From an uncultured Lachnospiraceae bacterium (GTDB lineage: Bacteria; Bacillota; Clostridia; Christensenellales; UBA1242), in contig CAZYDU010000003.1 of the NCBI GenBank assembly GCA_964646345.1, positions 25,310 to 89,309 of the forward strand: a DNA stretch of 64,000 bases, given 5' to 3'. Made by a program: the position numbers and the translations under genes. Below, piece by piece: positions 48,837-59,128 of the stretch. The notes beneath the pieces are model-generated. The model saw nothing but the letters and a program-made list of their open reading frames with translations. It searched no databases and was not told the origin of the DNA. Position 1 is the first letter of the stretch. Every line of letters begins with the position of its first letter.

Positions 48837-49787
48837 ATGGCTAAAAATACAAAAAAAATACATTTAATCATTAATTGCGACCCAGGAATTGATGATGCGG
48901 TTGCATTAATGCTTGTTATAAAAAGCGAAATGTTTGATGTAAAACTTATCACTACAGACCTTGGAAATGCTGGTCCACAACAATCTGCAAAAAACTGCAA
49001 TAACATCTTTGAACTTCTCGGCGGGCCTGAAGTTAAGGTTTGTGCTGGCGATGGCAAGGGTTTGACTAGAGATAGAGAACATGTTGCTGTTCATGGCAAA
49101 ACAGGTATGGGTAGTTATATCTTTGAGCCACATTCAAGAAAGGTGTCAAAAGATGATGCTATTGATGCAATGTATGAAGCTATAATGAACTCAGATGAAA
49201 AAGTAACCATTCTTTGTATGTCTCCAACATCAAACTTAGCAAAACTACAACTAAAACACAAAGATTGTTGGACTGCTGATAAAATTGAGAGAATCGTTAT
49301 TATGGCTGGTTCTATAGAAGACTTAAAAAAAGGCGAAATCCCTTATGCTGAATTTAATATTTCTTGCGACCCAGAATCAGCGGAGATGCTTTTTCCAAAA
49401 ACTCCAAAAGTTCCAGTTGTTGTTGTTCCAATGGAAATGGGGCACACTGCATACCTTGATTGGCAAGATGTGTTTAAAACTAAAAATATGAATTCGGTTG
49501 GTGCTGTTTTTGAATATATGTTTAGAAACTATAAAGACAGACATGTCAAAAACGGAATTGCAACTCATGACGGTTGTGCCGTTGCTTACATGATTGACCC
49601 TACAATTTTCAAGACCGAAGAAATGTTTACTGAAGTAAAATATTTCGATGCTATTGATTCTGGTGTTTTGATGTTCAAGAAAGGCGAAGAACTCAAGAAA
49701 ACGAAACCAAATGTTTTAGTTTGTTCTGAAGTTAATGTTAAAAAATTTAAAAAACTATATTTTAAATATTTAAAAAAATGTAAATAA
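48837..49787 (+). CDS. Nucleoside hydrolase (IUNH family)
   Basis: N-terminal INCDPGIDDAVAL aspartate cluster and the ATHDGCAVAY region. Confidence 0.85.
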   Translation: MAKNTKKIHLIINCDPGIDDAVALMLVIKSEMFDVKLITTDLGNAGPQQSAKNCNNIFELLGGPEVKVCAGDGKGLTRDREHVAVHGKTGMGSYIFEPHSRKVSKDDAIDAMYEAIMNSDEKVTILCMSPTSNLAKLQLKHKDCWTADKIERIVIMAGSIEDLKKGEIPYAEFNISCDPESAEMLFPKTPKVPVVVVPMEMGHTAYLDWQDVFKTKNMNSVGAVFEYMFRNYKDRHVKNGIATHDGCAVAYMIDPTIFKTEEMFTEVKYFDAIDSGVLMFKKGEELKKTKPNVLVCSEVNVKKFKKLYFKYLKKCK

Positions 49788-49799
49788 AGGAAAAGTACC

Positions 49800-51143
49800 A
49801 TGGTTAAAAGTCGATTTTTAGAGTTTGTTCACGATTACATTTTAAAAATGTTCACAGGCTCTGAAATTATTGGAGAAGAAGAATCTTCAACTCGTGATAA
49901 TATTATTGCTCAGGGCGAAGCGGGTTCAATTAAGGTTAAGTTTGATAGAGAAGATAATTATAGAATTATTATCAAACGTGCTCAGCCTTTCAAAAATTTG
50001 GAAATTTCGCTTATCAAGTCAATAATTGAAGAATCACAAAAAATTGATGATTTAAGCATTAAAGATGATTACAAAAAAGGCTTAAAAAATCTTGTAATTG
50101 AAAAAGCAATTTGCAGGTCTCTTTCAAATTCTTGTGCAAAAACCCTTGCGGTAATTTTGCGTGAAATGAATTATTGGGGGCAAAGAACATATGAAGGGAA
50201 TAGAATAACTTTGGGCTGTATTGTCAGCAATAAAAAGGTTGGAAGCAAAACCAATCAAAATTTGCATGTATCAAAGTTATTTGAAAAAGATTTCAGTGCT
50301 CTTTTGTCTGACGGCAAAAATTCATTCATTGAAATTTCTGCTGATGGATTTTTTGTTGACCATATAAATTTCTCGAAAGTTGTTGATTATTCGCTTTATG
50401 CTCCTTATGAAAACCTGGAATTAGCGAGTTTATCAACTGGTTCAAAAATTGGAATTTGCCTAAATAGCGAAGGCGAAGTTTTGATATTTAAAAACAAAAG
50501 TTTGGTTTTTGCAAAAAAGAGTGGTGTTTGGGTTTGTTTTTCGCATGAAGAAATTGTTGGTAAACTAGCAGAGCATGCTGGAGAATATGAAGATGTGAGA
50601 AAAGCCATATATCTATCGGCTCTAGACACAAGCTTTAATCGTTGCGGTGGGTGTATTGTTCACGTTAACTCAGGTGATTCTAAAAATGTTTTAAAACACA
50701 TTGACGTTGCTGATGTTTTGTTAAGAGATAGCTACGACTACTTGCAACAAGAAAAAATCAATCAATCCTTTTTCGTTAAGCTAGATGATAATGTTTCAGA
50801 AATTCCTTCATTTGATGAATTTTTATATGAAGAAAGAAGTGCCAAGTCGGCAGCTTTGATTAAACTTATAAAGGGAAGAAAATTTCAGGAGCTTGATAGA
50901 AAGTTTAGGCAAGAAATAATTGCTATCGATGGTGCTACAATTATTGACTATGACGGAACAATTATTGCGGCGGGGGCAATTATAAAGATTGAAGCCGGTA
51001 GTACTGGTGGTGGAAGACTTGCAGCGGCAAAAACATTATCGAATTACGGAATTTCGATAAAAATTTCTAATGACGGCTCAATGCAAGGCTTTAAAATTGA
51101 TAAAAATAAATTAAGAGCAAGACTGATATTTGTTATTGGTTAA
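49800..51143 (+). CDS. Protein with an unknown N-terminal domain and a divergent DisA_N/diadenylate-cyclase-like C-terminal domain lacking RHR
   Basis: C-terminal region: RCGGCIVHV (GALIV position), IDGATIIDYDGTIIAAG (DGA motif), TGGGRLAAA (at the GTRHRAA position), and ISIKISNDGS (IVVSEETG position). The alignment was done by eye only. Confidence 0.45.
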   Translation: MVKSRFLEFVHDYILKMFTGSEIIGEEESSTRDNIIAQGEAGSIKVKFDREDNYRIIIKRAQPFKNLEISLIKSIIEESQKIDDLSIKDDYKKGLKNLVIEKAICRSLSNSCAKTLAVILREMNYWGQRTYEGNRITLGCIVSNKKVGSKTNQNLHVSKLFEKDFSALLSDGKNSFIEISADGFFVDHINFSKVVDYSLYAPYENLELASLSTGSKIGICLNSEGEVLIFKNKSLVFAKKSGVWVCFSHEEIVGKLAEHAGEYEDVRKAIYLSALDTSFNRCGGCIVHVNSGDSKNVLKHIDVADVLLRDSYDYLQQEKINQSFFVKLDDNVSEIPSFDEFLYEERSAKSAALIKLIKGRKFQELDRKFRQEIIAIDGATIIDYDGTIIAAGAIIKIEAGSTGGGRLAAAKTLSNYGISIKISNDGSMQGFKIDKNKLRARLIFVIG

Positions 51144-51152
51144 GGAGAAATT

Positions 51153-52661
51153 ATGGTAACTTTATGTATCTTAGACGGTTTTGGTGTAACTGAAAAAAAA
51201 CTTGGCAATGCAATTCTAGCTCAAGGTACTCCAAATTTAGATAAACTCAGGGCAGAATATTCAAACACATTAATAGAAGCAAGTGGCGAAGCTGTTGGTT
51301 TGCCTGCTGGTCAAATGGGTAATAGCGAAGTTGGACATTTGACTATCGGTGCTGGCAGAATTATTGAGCAGGACTTATTGCACATCGACAATGAAATTAA
51401 AAGGGGAGACTTTTTCAAAAACCCTGCACTTGTCAAAGCAATGAAATATGCTGAAGAAAATGGTTCAGATTTACATTTGATAGGTCTTGCATCTGATGGT
51501 GGTATACATTCAAAATTATCTCATATGTATGCAATCTTGGATACCGCAAAAAATTATAAAATTCGTCATATCTACATTCACGTTATAACTGACGGACGTG
51601 ATAGACCAATAACTAGCGGTAAAGATTTTATTGCAGAAATTGAAAGGAAAATTGCAGGAACAAATGCAAGTATTGCTGATATTTGTGGTCGTGTTTATGC
51701 AATGGATAGAGAAAAACGTTACGATAGACTTGAAAAAGCTTATGACTTGATTGTTCGTGGTATCGGAGAAAAATTTGATTCTGCTAGCGATGCTATTAAT
51801 GCAAGCTATCAAAGAAATATTACCGATGAATTTGTTGAACCAATGGTTATTTACGAACAAGGTAAAATTAAAAATGGTGACAGCTTGATTTTCTATAACT
51901 ATAGAAGCGATAGAGCAAGGGAAATGACTTTTGCTTTAACCGACCCAAAATTTAGCGAGTTTAAAACAGAAAAATTGGATAAACTTTTAGTTACTCCAAT
52001 GCAAGAGTATTCTGATGAACTTAAACACCTAAACACAATGTATCCACCAAAGATTGTAAAAGATAACTTGTCATGCTTGGTTTCAGAAGCTGGAAAAACA
52101 CAATATCATATTTCTGAAACAACAAAGTATGCTCACGTTACATTCTTCTTTAATGGTGGTATTGAAGAACCTTACAAAGGCGAGACAAGACAATTAATTG
52201 ATAGTTATAATGATAAAAACTTTGCGGTTCACCCACAAATGCGTGCACCTGAAATCACGGAAAATTTATTGAAAGCTATTGATAGCAAAAAATACGATTT
52301 CTTGCTTGTTAACTTTTCAAATCCAGACATGATTGGTCACACTGGCGACTTCGAAGCATCTAAAAAAGCTGTTGAAATTTGCGATGATTGTGCTTATAAA
52401 GTTGCAAAAGAAACACTAAAGAATGGTGGCGAATGTATAATCATTGCCGACCATGGCAACATTGAGGAAATGTTTGATGAAGAAGGCACGGTTTTAACAA
52501 AACACACAACTAACAAAGTTCCATTTATTTTGGTTAGTGAAAAGAATAAAAATGTTAAGCTAAAAAATGATGGAAGTTTGGCAAATGTCGCTCCAACAAT
52601 TCTTGAACTTATGGGAATTGCAAAACCAAATACAATGGTTGAGTCAATGATTGAAGAATAA
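51153..52661 (+). CDS. gpmI: 2,3-bisphosphoglycerate-independent phosphoglycerate mutase
   Basis: GNSEVGH, DGGIHS, ITDGRD and ADHGN motifs; 502 aa. Confidence 0.95.
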   Translation: MVTLCILDGFGVTEKKLGNAILAQGTPNLDKLRAEYSNTLIEASGEAVGLPAGQMGNSEVGHLTIGAGRIIEQDLLHIDNEIKRGDFFKNPALVKAMKYAEENGSDLHLIGLASDGGIHSKLSHMYAILDTAKNYKIRHIYIHVITDGRDRPITSGKDFIAEIERKIAGTNASIADICGRVYAMDREKRYDRLEKAYDLIVRGIGEKFDSASDAINASYQRNITDEFVEPMVIYEQGKIKNGDSLIFYNYRSDRAREMTFALTDPKFSEFKTEKLDKLLVTPMQEYSDELKHLNTMYPPKIVKDNLSCLVSEAGKTQYHISETTKYAHVTFFFNGGIEEPYKGETRQLIDSYNDKNFAVHPQMRAPEITENLLKAIDSKKYDFLLVNFSNPDMIGHTGDFEASKKAVEICDDCAYKVAKETLKNGGECIIIADHGNIEEMFDEEGTVLTKHTTNKVPFILVSEKNKNVKLKNDGSLANVAPTILELMGIAKPNTMVESMIEE

Positions 52662-52664
52662 AAT

Positions 52665-52706
52665 AAAAGACTTGAAATTCAAATGCGAGTATTTCAAGTC
52701 TTTTTT
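52665..52706. terminator. Bidirectional intrinsic terminator
   Basis: aagacttgaaat / atttcaagtctt 12-bp stem with T/A runs on both sides, between convergent genes. Confidence 0.8.
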
Positions 52707-52718
52707 ATTGTGCATTAT

Positions 52719-54005
52719 TTATACAATTTGATTGTGTGATAAATTATTGTAAGTAAGAATTACTTTCAATGGCTCGGTTTCGCCGTTGCGAGTGAATGTA
52801 AGTTCAATTTGACTATTTGTTGTTAGCAATGGCAGGTAATCTTCAAGGTCAAAATATCTTTTCACTTCTTTTTCAAGAGTTTCGTCTTGAGTTGTGATTT
52901 TGAAAGAAATAAGTCTATCTCCAATTTGCAATGAACTTAGACTTGATGTGCTTGAAATGGTTGAGATTGTAACAACATCAATAGTTTCGGTTAGTCCGCT
53001 TGTTGCGTTTTGTTGTCTTGTTGATGAGCTTGAAAAAGTTAATCCCAAATCCGCAAGAACGACTTTGCTATTTAATTTTCCAAAACAATTATTTATTATA
53101 TTTTTTGTAATCGAGTAAACTATGCTTGCAGGAATTGCTAGTTTCATTTGAGAGTTGTCAACTGAGCTAGTTGAAGTTAGTCCGCCATTTGTTATTCCAA
53201 TAAGTTCGCCGTAAACATTAAACAAACCACCGCCACTATTGCCATTTGTGATAAATGCGTCATGACCAATAAATCTATGAGTTGCACTATTGCTTACTGG
53301 TGCAAAGAAATGTTCTTCACTTTCTTTTCGTATGCAACCTTTCGTAACATTTATTCCTTCGTTATTGGTGTTTCCTATAGCGATACATGTTGAGCCCGGT
53401 TGCTGGGTATCGAGATTAAATGTTGCAGGAGTTGCCTTTGCAGATTCTAGCAAAGAGCAGTTTTCTAGGTAAATGACTGCTATGTCATAAGTCTCAGAAC
53501 CACCAACAACACTTGCATTAAAATTTTCGGATTCATTAGTTCCATAAAGTTTGACGGTGCAAGATGAATAGCCGTAAACCACGTGATAGTTTGTTATGAT
53601 AAATGCATCGTTTTCGCTATCTATGCTATAAATCACACCAGATCCTGCTTTGGAACTTGTTGAAATTTCCACAATACTAGACAGTGCTTTGTTTGTAGCG
53701 AATGTTGTGTCATCATATAAAAAGTATGTTTCCAAAAACTCAAGATAAGTTCCAGTAAATGAGCCTTCTTGCTTTGCTTTTTCCCACATTTGATAAGATG
53801 TTTCAGATTGTTTGTCTTTTCCGTTTGAACCATTTGTGCCTTTTAATGATTCTAACCATTCGTCAAGCGTGCCAACAAAGCCGTTTTCAACAGCAAGTTC
53901 GTAAGCACTTTTCCCATTAGAGCAGGCGACTGATGCAAAAGATATTGGCAAGATGATAATAAAACAAATGAGAATTTTAAATAATATTTTTAACGTTTTT
54001 TTCAT
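52719..54005 (-). CDS. Trypsin-like (S1C) serine protease lipoprotein
   Basis: Lipobox SFASVAC. Catalytic triad contexts TNYHVV, YDIAVIY and GNSGGGLF. The N-terminal SAYELAVENGFVGTLDEWLESLKG motif is common in phage/tail-fibre-like proteins. Confidence 0.8.
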   Translation of the reverse strand: MKKTLKILFKILICFIIILPISFASVACSNGKSAYELAVENGFVGTLDEWLESLKGTNGSNGKDKQSETSYQMWEKAKQEGSFTGTYLEFLETYFLYDDTTFATNKALSSIVEISTSSKAGSGVIYSIDSENDAFIITNYHVVYGYSSCTVKLYGTNESENFNASVVGGSETYDIAVIYLENCSLLESAKATPATFNLDTQQPGSTCIAIGNTNNEGINVTKGCIRKESEEHFFAPVSNSATHRFIGHDAFITNGNSGGGLFNVYGELIGITNGGLTSTSSVDNSQMKLAIPASIVYSITKNIINNCFGKLNSKVVLADLGLTFSSSSTRQQNATSGLTETIDVVTISTISSTSSLSSLQIGDRLISFKITTQDETLEKEVKRYFDLEDYLPLLTTNSQIELTFTRNGETEPLKVILTYNNLSHNQIV

Positions 54006-54065
54006 AATATTTTCCTAGTTATTTAATATTTTTATTATAAATTAATTTATAAAAATAGTAAACAA

Positions 54066-54104
54066 AATAAAAAGATACAAACTTAGTATTTGTATCTTTT
54101 TTTA
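54066..54104 (-). terminator. Intrinsic terminator of gltX
   Basis: aagatacaaa / tttgtatctt stem with a flanking U-run. Confidence 0.75.
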
Positions 54105-54106
54105 AT

Positions 54107-55780
54107 TTATTTCAAGTTATTGATAACATAGTCAAGTCTTGAATTAATTTCATTTTCTCCCAAAAGCTTCATGATTTCATATAGGTCAGGAGTTGTTGTT
54201 TTTCCTGTTAAAGCAATTCTAACGATATTGCTTGCATCTGCAACATTTCCTTTGTATGCTTCAGGGTTTGCTTTATAGGTTTTCATATCCACAAATCCAC
54301 AAGTATCAGCGGTTGCTTTTAGTCTATCAAACCAAGTTTGTTTGTCGTCTGATAAATTGTATGAAGTCTTATAAAGTTTGAGTAATTCTTTTATGTCGTT
54401 TGATGAAAATTTACTATCAAAAACAAGAGTTGTGTTTTTGTCAAAATATTCGTTAAACATGTAACTATAAAGTTCCTTAACTTCAGCAAAATGTCCAAAA
54501 TCTTTTCTTGGTCTATTCGCATTTTCTCTATCAATCTTGAAGAAATTTTCAACCATTTCTTGATTATTTAAAAGAACCTTAGCAAAATCTGCGTCATATT
54601 CATTAGCCCAGTCAATAAGTTTTCTGGTCAATTCTTTAGCTGGGAGTTTTGAAATAATGTTTTTAGCAATGTCATTAATTTTTACAAGGTCAAATATTGG
54701 GTTGCTAGATGAAATGATTTTTTTGATTGAGAATGGAAATTCTAGCCAGTGGGTGTCAGGATTTGCTTTTCTCCAGTTTTCAAAGTCGCTATTTAAAAGG
54801 TTTAAAAGATATTCATTAACTGAATCAGTTGGATAACCTTCGCTAATGATATATCTCGAGTCTGCTTCAGGGTCACGGCGTTTGCTGAGTTTGCGTTTGT
54901 TTCCAGTTTCTTCGTCAAGTTTACATACAACAGGGTGGTGTGCATATCTTGGTGGGGTTAGTCCTAACGCTTTAAATATTTCAAGATGTGCATTTAGTGA
55001 TGGCCACCATTCTTCGCCACGAATAACGGTTGTAACATGCATTAAGGTGTCGTCAACAACGTGAGCTAGAGCATAAGGTGGTATGCCATTGCTTTTTACA
55101 AGAACAACGTCTTTTGCGTTTTCGTGAATTTCACGTTTACCTTTGATTAGGTCGACAAATTCAAATGTTTTATTTGGGTCGCCTGTTGAAAGCAATCTCA
55201 AAGCCCAAGGTTTGCCCATTTTGATATTGAGCTCAATGGTTGCAAAATCCAAGTTTCTGCAAGGGTCTTTATCTTCGATATTTTCACTTTCTTCGAGTTG
55301 TTCTTCACGTCTTTTTTCAATATCAGATTTGTTTTCTGACATTGCACAAAAACAAGGGAACGCCCTGCCTAGTTCAACGAGACGTTTTGCAAAACTGTGG
55401 TAAATTTCCAATCTTTCAGACTGGATATAACTTCCGTAGTTACCTTTTTGAGAAACTCCTTCTCCCATGAATCCTTCGTCAGGTTTGAGATTGAATTTGC
55501 AAAGTGCGTGATAAGCAATATCTGAAGCTCCCGCAACTTGACGTTTTTTATCCGTATCTTCAATTCTTAAAAAGAATACACCATTTGATTTGTATGCAAG
55601 CATTTTATCAATCATTGCACCGAATAAACCACCTGTATGATAAAATCCTGTTGGGCTTGGAGCTGTTCTTGTAACTTCTGCACCAGGTGCAAGTTGCCTT
55701 TCAGGAAATTGCTCGAAATAATATTCAGGTGTGGTGTGAATGTTTTTGTAAAGTAAATTTGCTAATTTTTGATAGTCCAT
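54107..55780 (-). CDS. gltX: Glutamate--tRNA ligase (long form)
   Basis: TRTAPSPTGFYHTGG (HIGH region) and KLSKRR (KMSKS region); 557 aa. Confidence 0.8.
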   Translation of the reverse strand: MDYQKLANLLYKNIHTTPEYYFEQFPERQLAPGAEVTRTAPSPTGFYHTGGLFGAMIDKMLAYKSNGVFFLRIEDTDKKRQVAGASDIAYHALCKFNLKPDEGFMGEGVSQKGNYGSYIQSERLEIYHSFAKRLVELGRAFPCFCAMSENKSDIEKRREEQLEESENIEDKDPCRNLDFATIELNIKMGKPWALRLLSTGDPNKTFEFVDLIKGKREIHENAKDVVLVKSNGIPPYALAHVVDDTLMHVTTVIRGEEWWPSLNAHLEIFKALGLTPPRYAHHPVVCKLDEETGNKRKLSKRRDPEADSRYIISEGYPTDSVNEYLLNLLNSDFENWRKANPDTHWLEFPFSIKKIISSSNPIFDLVKINDIAKNIISKLPAKELTRKLIDWANEYDADFAKVLLNNQEMVENFFKIDRENANRPRKDFGHFAEVKELYSYMFNEYFDKNTTLVFDSKFSSNDIKELLKLYKTSYNLSDDKQTWFDRLKATADTCGFVDMKTYKANPEAYKGNVADASNIVRIALTGKTTTPDLYEIMKLLGENEINSRLDYVINNLK

Positions 55781-55790
55781 AAGTTCTCCT

Positions 55791-56384
55791 TTAGTTTGGT
55801 CTGGTTTCGTCTAAATATGTTGCCATTATGTCGGCGATATGCAATAAAACGCAAATAGGGTATTTGTAGTAGCTTGCAGACATTTCGTTTCCGCCTGCTT
55901 GAGTTCGTTTATCAAAACCACCCATGTGCCAGTTAATAGCTAAAGCTTCTTCTCGTGTGAGCCTTAGATAACCATTAATCATATATACACTTTTTTCTCC
56001 GTGGCCATAAGGTAGTTGGTCGTCAACTGTGTAATATGGTTTTTGCACCCATTCGCCGTTTTCTTTAACGTTTCGCATTTCTTGTTTATAGAAACAACAT
56101 TTGCATACATCGTGAAATAAAGACATGATTGTAATGCTTTCAAGATTGATGTTTTCTTCGCCGTATTCGTCTTTTGCGAGTTTCAAAAGACGCTTGTAAA
56201 CATTTAAAGAGTGAAAACACAATCCACCTGCTTCTGCTGAATGAAATTTTGCACTTGCTGGGCAAACAAAGAAATCTGTTGTTTCAAGCCAAGCGAGCAA
56301 TTCGTTAATTCCTTCTCTTTTGATGTTGTTTTTTGCTATTTCTAAAAATTCGTTTTTATTTAATTCAATTTCTTTTTGTTCCAT
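55791..56384 (-). CDS. HD-domain phosphohydrolase
   Basis: Motifs HS...LFHDVCK...H; 197 aa. Confidence 0.55.
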   Translation of the reverse strand: MEQKEIELNKNEFLEIAKNNIKREGINELLAWLETTDFFVCPASAKFHSAEAGGLCFHSLNVYKRLLKLAKDEYGEENINLESITIMSLFHDVCKCCFYKQEMRNVKENGEWVQKPYYTVDDQLPYGHGEKSVYMINGYLRLTREEALAINWHMGGFDKRTQAGGNEMSASYYKYPICVLLHIADIMATYLDETRPN

Positions 56385-56462
56385 GCTTTTATATTATCAC
56401 AAAAGTTTTATTTTGTAAATTAGTTTGTTAAATGTGGTGCAAAATGAATAGTGAAAAAGCAA

Positions 56463-56493
56463 TAAAAAGAAAAACGCAATTTTACTTGCGTTT
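56463..56493 (-). terminator. Intrinsic terminator after the amidase gene
   Basis: aaacgcaa / ttgcgttt stem plus a U-run on the minus strand. Confidence 0.7.
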
Positions 56494-56513
56494 TATGTAA
56501 AAATGTATAAAAA

Positions 56514-57320
56514 CTAATTATTTTGCAAAAAATTTACAATTCCTTTATAAATTGAGTCGATAATTTTTGCTTGATATTCTTGGTTTTGTAAAAGTTGTTC
56601 TTCTTCAGGGTGAGATAAAAATCCGCATTCAACTATAACCGATGGGGCTGGCGAGCACTTGAGCATATAATAATCTCCAGGGCTAGGCGATTTGATGCTT
56701 TTATCAAGGTTTAATTTAAATTGTTCTTGAATGGACTCAGCGATTTGCTTGCTTATTTCGCTTTTTTTATCATAAAACACCTGTGCTCCACGGAGAGTGT
56801 GATTTGTGTATGAGTTTTGATGTAAAGATATTACCATATTTGGTCTAGTTTTCACAATAAGTTCTCGCCTTGCTTTCATTTCGTCTTTTTTCCATTGTCT
56901 TCCACGACCTTCAATCAAGGCGTCATCTGTTTCCCTTGTCATAACAACATTAATCCCCGCATCTTCTAGTTTCTGTTTTAAAAGTTTGGACATTTGTAAG
57001 TTGAGTTTATCTTCATGAATTTTGGTTTTATATCCGATTGAGCCGGGGTCAGTTCCGCCGTGACCTGGGTCTATTACAACAATATAATTCTTGCTTGGAA
57101 CACTATCAGAATTTGCGGGAAATGTTTTTTCTGTTTCATCGCTTGCAACATTTTCTTCAATGAAGAAATGTTCAAGATTATCGTTGTGATTTTCTTCTAA
57201 TGCAAAGGATTGGTTTGCAGGTTTTGAACTCAAATAAAAAACACTAACAAGAACGACATATAAAAACATGGAAATTATATTAAAAAATGATAATTTTTTC
57301 ATAGTTTTAGTTTGTGACAC
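56514..57320 (-). CDS. N-acetylmuramoyl-L-alanine amidase (Amidase_3, CwlD-like), membrane-anchored
   Basis: VVIDPGHGGTDPGS, ISLHQNS and ECGFLSHPEE motifs, with an N-terminal TM anchor. Confidence 0.85.
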   Translation of the reverse strand: MSQTKTMKKLSFFNIISMFLYVVLVSVFYLSSKPANQSFALEENHNDNLEHFFIEENVASDETEKTFPANSDSVPSKNYIVVIDPGHGGTDPGSIGYKTKIHEDKLNLQMSKLLKQKLEDAGINVVMTRETDDALIEGRGRQWKKDEMKARRELIVKTRPNMVISLHQNSYTNHTLRGAQVFYDKKSEISKQIAESIQEQFKLNLDKSIKSPSPGDYYMLKCSPAPSVIVECGFLSHPEEEQLLQNQEYQAKIIDSIYKGIVNFLQNN

Positions 57321-57428
57321 TGAGTTAAATTTATTCGTATAAGTTTTATTTATAGCCTGAAAATATCAAATATCTATATGTTAAAAATGTTGTTAAATTA
57401 GAGATAAAATGTTATAATATTTGTAGTT

Positions 57429-57821
57429 ATGGAAAAAGAGAAAATCAAACAAATGCAACCATTGGTTCTTGCGATGATTGGCGATAGTGTGCAAACATTG
57501 TTTGTTCGTGAACATATTGCATTAAATTATGGTGTTAAAGTTAACAAAATGAATAAGATGGTGTCTTCAGTGGTTTCGGCGGGCTCGCAATTTGTAACTT
57601 TTAAAAAGATTGAAGAACTTTTGAGCGAAGAAGAAGCTGACATTGCTAGACGTGCGAGAAATACACATATTCATACAAAAGCAAGGAATTTTAGTTATAA
57701 TGAATATATACATGCAACGGCATTTGAGTCATTGCTTGGATATTTATACCTTGCCGGCGAAACGGAAAGGTTGAATGAGTTTTTAAATAAATCACTTGAA
57801 GAATTAAAGGTTGATTTTTAG
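57429..57821 (+). CDS. mrnC: Mini-ribonuclease 3
   Basis: LVLAMIGDSVQTLFVREH and TAFESLLGYLYL motifs. Bacillus-like synteny with rlmB-sigH. Confidence 0.85.
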   Translation: MEKEKIKQMQPLVLAMIGDSVQTLFVREHIALNYGVKVNKMNKMVSSVVSAGSQFVTFKKIEELLSEEEADIARRARNTHIHTKARNFSYNEYIHATAFESLLGYLYLAGETERLNEFLNKSLEELKVDF

Positions 57822-57829
57822 GAGTAAAT

Positions 57830-58555
57830 ATGAAAATAGAAGGAAAAAATCCGGTTAGAGAACTTCTCAAAACTGATGAGACTATTGAAAAAATTATGAT
57901 ATTGAATGGAACGGTTGACCCTGAAATTAGAAAATTTCAGCAAATCGCAAAAGATAAGAATATAAAAATAGAATTTGTTGATAAACGTGTTCTGGACAAA
58001 ACGAGTGAAACTGGTCATCATCAAGGTGTTATTGCAATTCACACCGATTTTAAATATGCAGACTTAAATGATACTATTCAAAACGCAAGAAATAATGGTA
58101 AAGATATTTTGTTTGTTGTTCTTGACGAAGTTTTAGACCCACATAACCTGGGTTCGGTTATAAGAGTTGCTGAATGTGCTGGTGCTACTGGTGTAATTAT
58201 TCCAAATAGAAGAAGTGCAACTGTTAATGAAACCGTTGTTAGAACTTCGGCAGGAGCTACTGCATTTATGCCTGTTATAAAAGTTAATAACTTGAACCAA
58301 GCCATTGAAGAAATGAAAAAACAAAACGTTTGGGTTTATGCTGCAGATATGGACGGCGAACAGATGTATAAAACCAATTTAACAGGAGACATTGCACTAG
58401 TGATTGGTGGCGAAGGTACGGGTGTGCGTGATCTTACAAGAAAAAGCTGTGACGGAATTATATCTATTCCAATGTTTGGCAATGTAAATTCACTCAATGC
58501 AAGTGTTAGTGCTGGAATTGTGCTTTATGAAGCTGTAAGACAAAGAATAAAATAA
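57830..58555 (+). CDS. rlmB: 23S rRNA 2'-O-methyltransferase (TrmH/SpoU family, RlmB/YacO)
   Basis: LDEVLDPHNLGSVIRVAE, VIGGEGTGV and NSLNASVSAGIVLYE SPOUT motifs. Confidence 0.85.
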   Translation: MKIEGKNPVRELLKTDETIEKIMILNGTVDPEIRKFQQIAKDKNIKIEFVDKRVLDKTSETGHHQGVIAIHTDFKYADLNDTIQNARNNGKDILFVVLDEVLDPHNLGSVIRVAECAGATGVIIPNRRSATVNETVVRTSAGATAFMPVIKVNNLNQAIEEMKKQNVWVYAADMDGEQMYKTNLTGDIALVIGGEGTGVRDLTRKSCDGIISIPMFGNVNSLNASVSAGIVLYEAVRQRIK

Positions 58556-58563
58556 GGTGGCAA

Positions 58564-59118
58564 ATGAATAATATTGATACAGGAGATATTGTAAAAATTG
58601 TGCAAAGCTATAGCGGTTACATAAAAAATTTGTGTCGCAAGTTTTATATTGCAGGCGGGACAACCGAAGATTTGTATCAAGAAGGAATTATTGGTCTTTT
58701 GGAAGCTTGCAAAAACTATAACGGCACAAGTTTGTTTGAAGATGGTTTTGATTATTTTGCTAAGCTCTGCATAAAACGTCAGATATTTGACGCAATTAAG
58801 AAAACACAGAATGGAAAAAACAAGGTTCTAAACGAATCGGTTTCACTTGTTGGAATAAGTGAGAGCGGAGATGAACTTTCAAAACTTGACATTATTGTGG
58901 ATAGAACAGCCATCTGTGACCCTTTAGAAATTTTTATTGATAAAGAAAAATTTAATGAGAAAATGCAGGTTTGCGAAAGAGAACTTAGCGAAGCAGAGCG
59001 AGTTGTTTTGAAACATTATCTTGCAGGAGAAAAGCAATCCGAGATAGCAAAGATTTTGAATAAGAATGTTAAATCAATAGATAATACTTTGCAAAGAATA
59101 AAAAATAAGTTGAAATAA
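58564..59118 (+). CDS. sigH: Sigma-H-like RNA polymerase sigma factor
   Basis: EDLYQEGIIGLLEA and FAKLCIKRQIFDAIKK...LNESVSL closely parallel B. subtilis SigH region 2. C-terminal HTH QSEIAKILNKNVKSIDNTLQRIKNK. Confidence 0.8.
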   Translation: MNNIDTGDIVKIVQSYSGYIKNLCRKFYIAGGTTEDLYQEGIIGLLEACKNYNGTSLFEDGFDYFAKLCIKRQIFDAIKKTQNGKNKVLNESVSLVGISESGDELSKLDIIVDRTAICDPLEIFIDKEKFNEKMQVCERELSEAERVVLKHYLAGEKQSEIAKILNKNVKSIDNTLQRIKNKLK

Positions 59119-59128
59119 GGAGAAACTT

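Noticed and set aside
54107-55780. Unusual HIGH region (FYHTGG) and extra length (557 aa) of GltX, raising the possibility of a GlnRS or a paralogous function
   Set aside because: The APSPTG context and KLSKR are GluRS-type, and HTGG is within known variation. Without an alignment there is no basis for an unusual claim.
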